This document shows positions 60,748 through 64,000 of a stretch of 64,000 bases of DNA, in pieces. The notes beneath the pieces were generated by a model that did no database searches, had not been told where the DNA came from, and saw nothing but the letters and a program-made list of their open reading frames with translations. This stretch comes from Lingula anatina. Its lineage: Eukaryota > Animalia > Brachiopoda. Every line of letters begins with the position of its first letter. The stretch's first letter is position 1. Where the stretch lies: contig CM120640.1 in NCBI GenBank assembly GCA_051362555.1, positions 55,344,788 to 55,408,787 of the forward strand, written 5' to 3'. Both the position numbers and the translations under genes were made by a program.

Positions 60748-63700
60748 CTATACAAATGGGCATGGATCTGTATCTGTTTGAGACAAGAGAACATTGACTT
60801 TTCCCTCCACCATGATGTCCATCTTCTCCTTCAGATGTGTAAGGTATCCCCTCTCAGTGTTGGTATGGCCACAGAGAATAACACTCCTGCCTTTGGACTG
60901 GGCATCCAGCACCTGGTGATGAGTAAGCTCTCCAGTGAAGTACAGGTCAGCCTTGATGTCTTGGAGGATTCCGCTCCCTGAGCCTGCACACACTGCCACT
61001 GTTTTGATGTCTGACTCTTTAATGAAAATAATGAAACATTTATGCAAAGCACATTTTCTTAAATATCAATGGAATATGTGCAATTGGAACATTTTAATCA
61101 CTAAACAAAAGTGTGTAGAAATGTAGGTAAAAAGTATTATTAAGAAAATATAAATGAAAATACTAAAATAAATTTCAGAATAATATTGCACAACTTACTA
61201 AGGCTGCAACCAGCTCCGATTGCCAGATTGACTCTCTCCAGGTTCAGGTGTTGTTTAACACGCGTGACAGCATCATCTAATGTGACGGGACTACTGAGTT
61301 TAGAAATACGTCCCATGCCGAAGCCTGGCATAGGAGGCTAAAAATGGAAGAAAAACATTACCAAAACACCAAGTTAAAGATCAACCCACAAAATAAGTGC
61401 TGATGAAAATAAGAAAAATTTGCAACTATCAAAGGGTAATTAGTCTGCACTGTTATCTTACCTATAATATAATCAGTTTTATTAGCCCAAAGCATATGGC
61501 TGCAATGACATTGGGCACTTTCTAATGCCTAAAACAGTATTTACAAAACAAGCCAAATAATAGTGCAATTTAATTTGACATTCTGGTAGGCTGTATATGT
61601 CAGGATGAACTACATGTGTAATTCTTTTTTTACCTTTACTAGCGCTATGACTTCAGTGAACTCCTTGTACGCATGGTATTTATGCAAGAGCTCTATCAAG
61701 TTGGATAAGCTTTTCTCTCCACAGTTCAATTGTAACCTTAGATCTGGACCACTAGAGTTCAACCTGAAAGTTTGAATAGGAACATATAACCGTACATGGA
61801 TGGGGATCATCTGGTGAAGTCAACTGTCCTCCATCCATGAGATCAAATGTCTAAAATCTATTCCCATATCAGATCACTTAGTATGCATCAAAATATGTCT
61901 ACAGGATAGGCATAACAGCTTTCATAAAGGAACTTGTTATTTAAAGTATGGATTTTAAGAAAATTGAAAATGTAAGGTCTTCCCACAACTAACAAAAATA
62001 ATGCTGTGCACATACACGGCTTAAGGAAAGAAGGTCCTCAGTTAAACAAATAACAAATACACCAAACAAATAATCACCACAAATTAATATTTGTGGTATA
62101 ATGTCAACTCTCTGTAAATTTGAAAGGGGGGGGGGCTTGAGTGTGTGTGTGTGTGTGTGTGAGAGAGTGACTGTGTTATTTATTTGTAGTCTCATATGAA
62201 AAGAATGGGATATTTTTACTGAAGTTTGAGTGTATTAAAAACCTACCCTGCTGAGTCTGTTATCTCCACTTCTGGGGTGTTCTGTACTCGAGTCACAAAT
62301 TCATGGATCACATTGGCAGGCACTCTTGTATCAACCCTGTAACTGCCAACAGTGGGCCAGCTGGGAGCCAGACTTGGGCTGATAGGATCTGATCTCTCTG
62401 TTTTACCTACATACAGGCAAGGAATTATAGTATATTACCAGGGCAGATACTATTATAATTCCAAGAATCAGAGAAGGAGAAATAAATGTCTGTGTTTTTG
62501 AATCAAGAATTAACAAATCTTAATAAAAAGAAAAGGCTTACCATTTCATCAGACATCTGCAATTAAAACAATTATGTGAAATAATTCCCAACTTAACAAC
62601 ATATAGTAATAAATTAAAGCTTAAACCAATTTGGTCTAACTTGATATTGTCTGCAGGCTAATAAACAACTGAATCAGCAATGCAAATGTAATTCTGTAAT
62701 CTTCTTAAGGCAGCCATAAGAAGCTCAATGTCCTGCCATATTATATCACTTCAAGGAATTTGAAATATTTGTCTTCAGTGGCTATTTAGCTTGGATTACA
62801 ATGATCTACAATTCTTAGCAAGTCAGAATGGTGACATGCAAAGGCAACAATATACAGTTAGGTTTATCCAACACAGCTTATCTTGTAGAGAGAATTATCA
62901 GTGAGACCATTTGGTGCATATACAGTCATGTCTTAAGTGCTTGACAGCCAATGAAGGGATTTGTTTTAAGCATTTATGACTATTTTAATATAATAATTAT
63001 GTTTAAAAGTTTAATTTATGTTGTTCATTTTTATTGCCAAATATTTATAAAGCAGTTTCCACCATAGTTTTCCAGAAGAATTCTAATTGCAAAGCACACT
63101 TTGGTAAAATATAATTTTTTATGTAGTCTCACATTGAAGTGTAAAAAAGGATAACTAGTATCTAGTACGTAGAAAAAATAGTATGTTAGATAAAACATAC
63201 CAAATGCTTCAACTAGCCAATCATTCACTCCTCCCTCCATAGCATCCACACAGGTGTGTGGGCTGTATACAGCTATTCTGTTCTCTATGCATTTTACGAT
63301 GATCCGCTCCTTCACTGACGACTGCGTAAGTTTCTTCAAAGGAACAAAGATGGGTGGATGGTAGGCGAGAATGAAGTTCACTTTCTTTTCCAATGCTTCT
63401 GCCAATACCTCCTCAGTCAGGTCTATAGTTAGCAGCACATCAGTGACTTTATGAGGTGCAGACGGTTCAACCAGCAGACCAACATTATCCCAGTCCTCGG
63501 CCAGCGCTAGAGGTGCTAGGTGGTGGAGTTTACGAACTAAATCTACCAGATCCATTTCATTGTGTGCAGCCGTGTAGGCTCGCATTTGACGGTGTTGAAC
63601 TTGACGAGGGAAATATCTGCCAAATGTACTCCACTTCACAGATTTTGACCTAGATTGCGCTAAATGGTGATTTATAATATGCTTGGAATCACGCGTAATT

Positions 63701-63792
63701 GTCCTGTTACCAACCTGTGCGCTGTTTAGGCTCACAAAATATTTAGGAGCAAGGGCAAAATACAGCCTTGGACCTGTCAGACAAAGATTCAT
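60748..63792 (-). CDS. NIF3L1: NIF3-like protein 1 (YbgI/DUF34 family), 429 aa from the first ATG or 350 aa from the second
   Basis: Exons 63792-63201, 62406-62247, 61763-61634, 61337-61199, 61016-60748 (1290 nt). Motifs APLALAEDWDNVGLLVEP, AYHPPIF, YSPHT..D..GGVNDWL, GMGR, VAVCAGSG, TGELTHH, GHTNTERGYL. Confidence 0.95.
62141..62166. repeat. (GT)n(GA)n microsatellite
   Basis: gtgtgtgtgtgtgtgtgtgtgagaga in NIF3L1 intron 2. Confidence 0.9.
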
Positions 63793-63799
63793 CTGCTCA

Positions 63800-63835
63800 G
63801 CTGGCGGAAGTCAGTGCTGAGGTAAGCGGAAGTTA
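63800..63835 (-). promoter_or_regulatory. Tandem ETS-type CGGAAGT motifs at the NIF3L1 5' end
   Basis: GGCGGAAGTC and GCGGAAGTT within ~45 bp upstream of the first ATG. Confidence 0.45.
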
Positions 63836-64000
63836 CAGTACCTATTAAGTAAAAATGTAGCCGGCGATTTTGAAATTTGAAAGATTAAATTTGACCACTT
63901 TTACTTATATGCTGTATAAAGAAATGACAATGAAAGTAGTCGTCTCTGTCATAAGCAGTAGAAAGTGGCAGTTGTGACCTTAACTGCCGTCTTTGTGGTC

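Overview
AT-rich, intron-containing animal genomic DNA. The repeat landscape suggests a mollusc or other lophotrochozoan (inference). Five spliced protein-coding genes can be reconstructed with frame-consistent splice sites: (1) a CEP85/CEP85L-like centrosomal coiled-coil gene (-, 3' end outside the window) containing an AT-AC U12-type minor intron; (2) a PARP12/ZAP-like gene (+; 5 CCCH fingers, 2 WWE, ART domain with an intact H-Y-I triad, long RGG-rich N-terminus, C-terminal CCIQ CaaX box) with ISRE/GAS-like motifs upstream; (3) an unnamed 333-aa tandem-RWD-like + RING-H2 putative E3 ligase (-), head-to-head with (4) Wee1 (+) across a compact E2F/CCAAT/ETS promoter; (5) NIF3L1 (-). An intact, very young Ty3/Gypsy element lies in an intron of the E3-like gene. 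It has identical 113-bp LTRs, a TACA TSD, a tRNA-Ser(GCU) PBS and a -1 slippery site with a predicted pseudoknot, and it sits in the hairpin of a tandemly duplicated Helentron-like repeat. The rest holds many non-autonomous DNA transposons (TTAA, TTA, 5-bp and 8-bp TSD types; one carries a RecQ-helicase remnant) and a 146-bp satellite packed with AGGTCA half-sites. No CRISPR, rRNA or tRNA genes were seen. All calls come from manual reading; no database searches were run.
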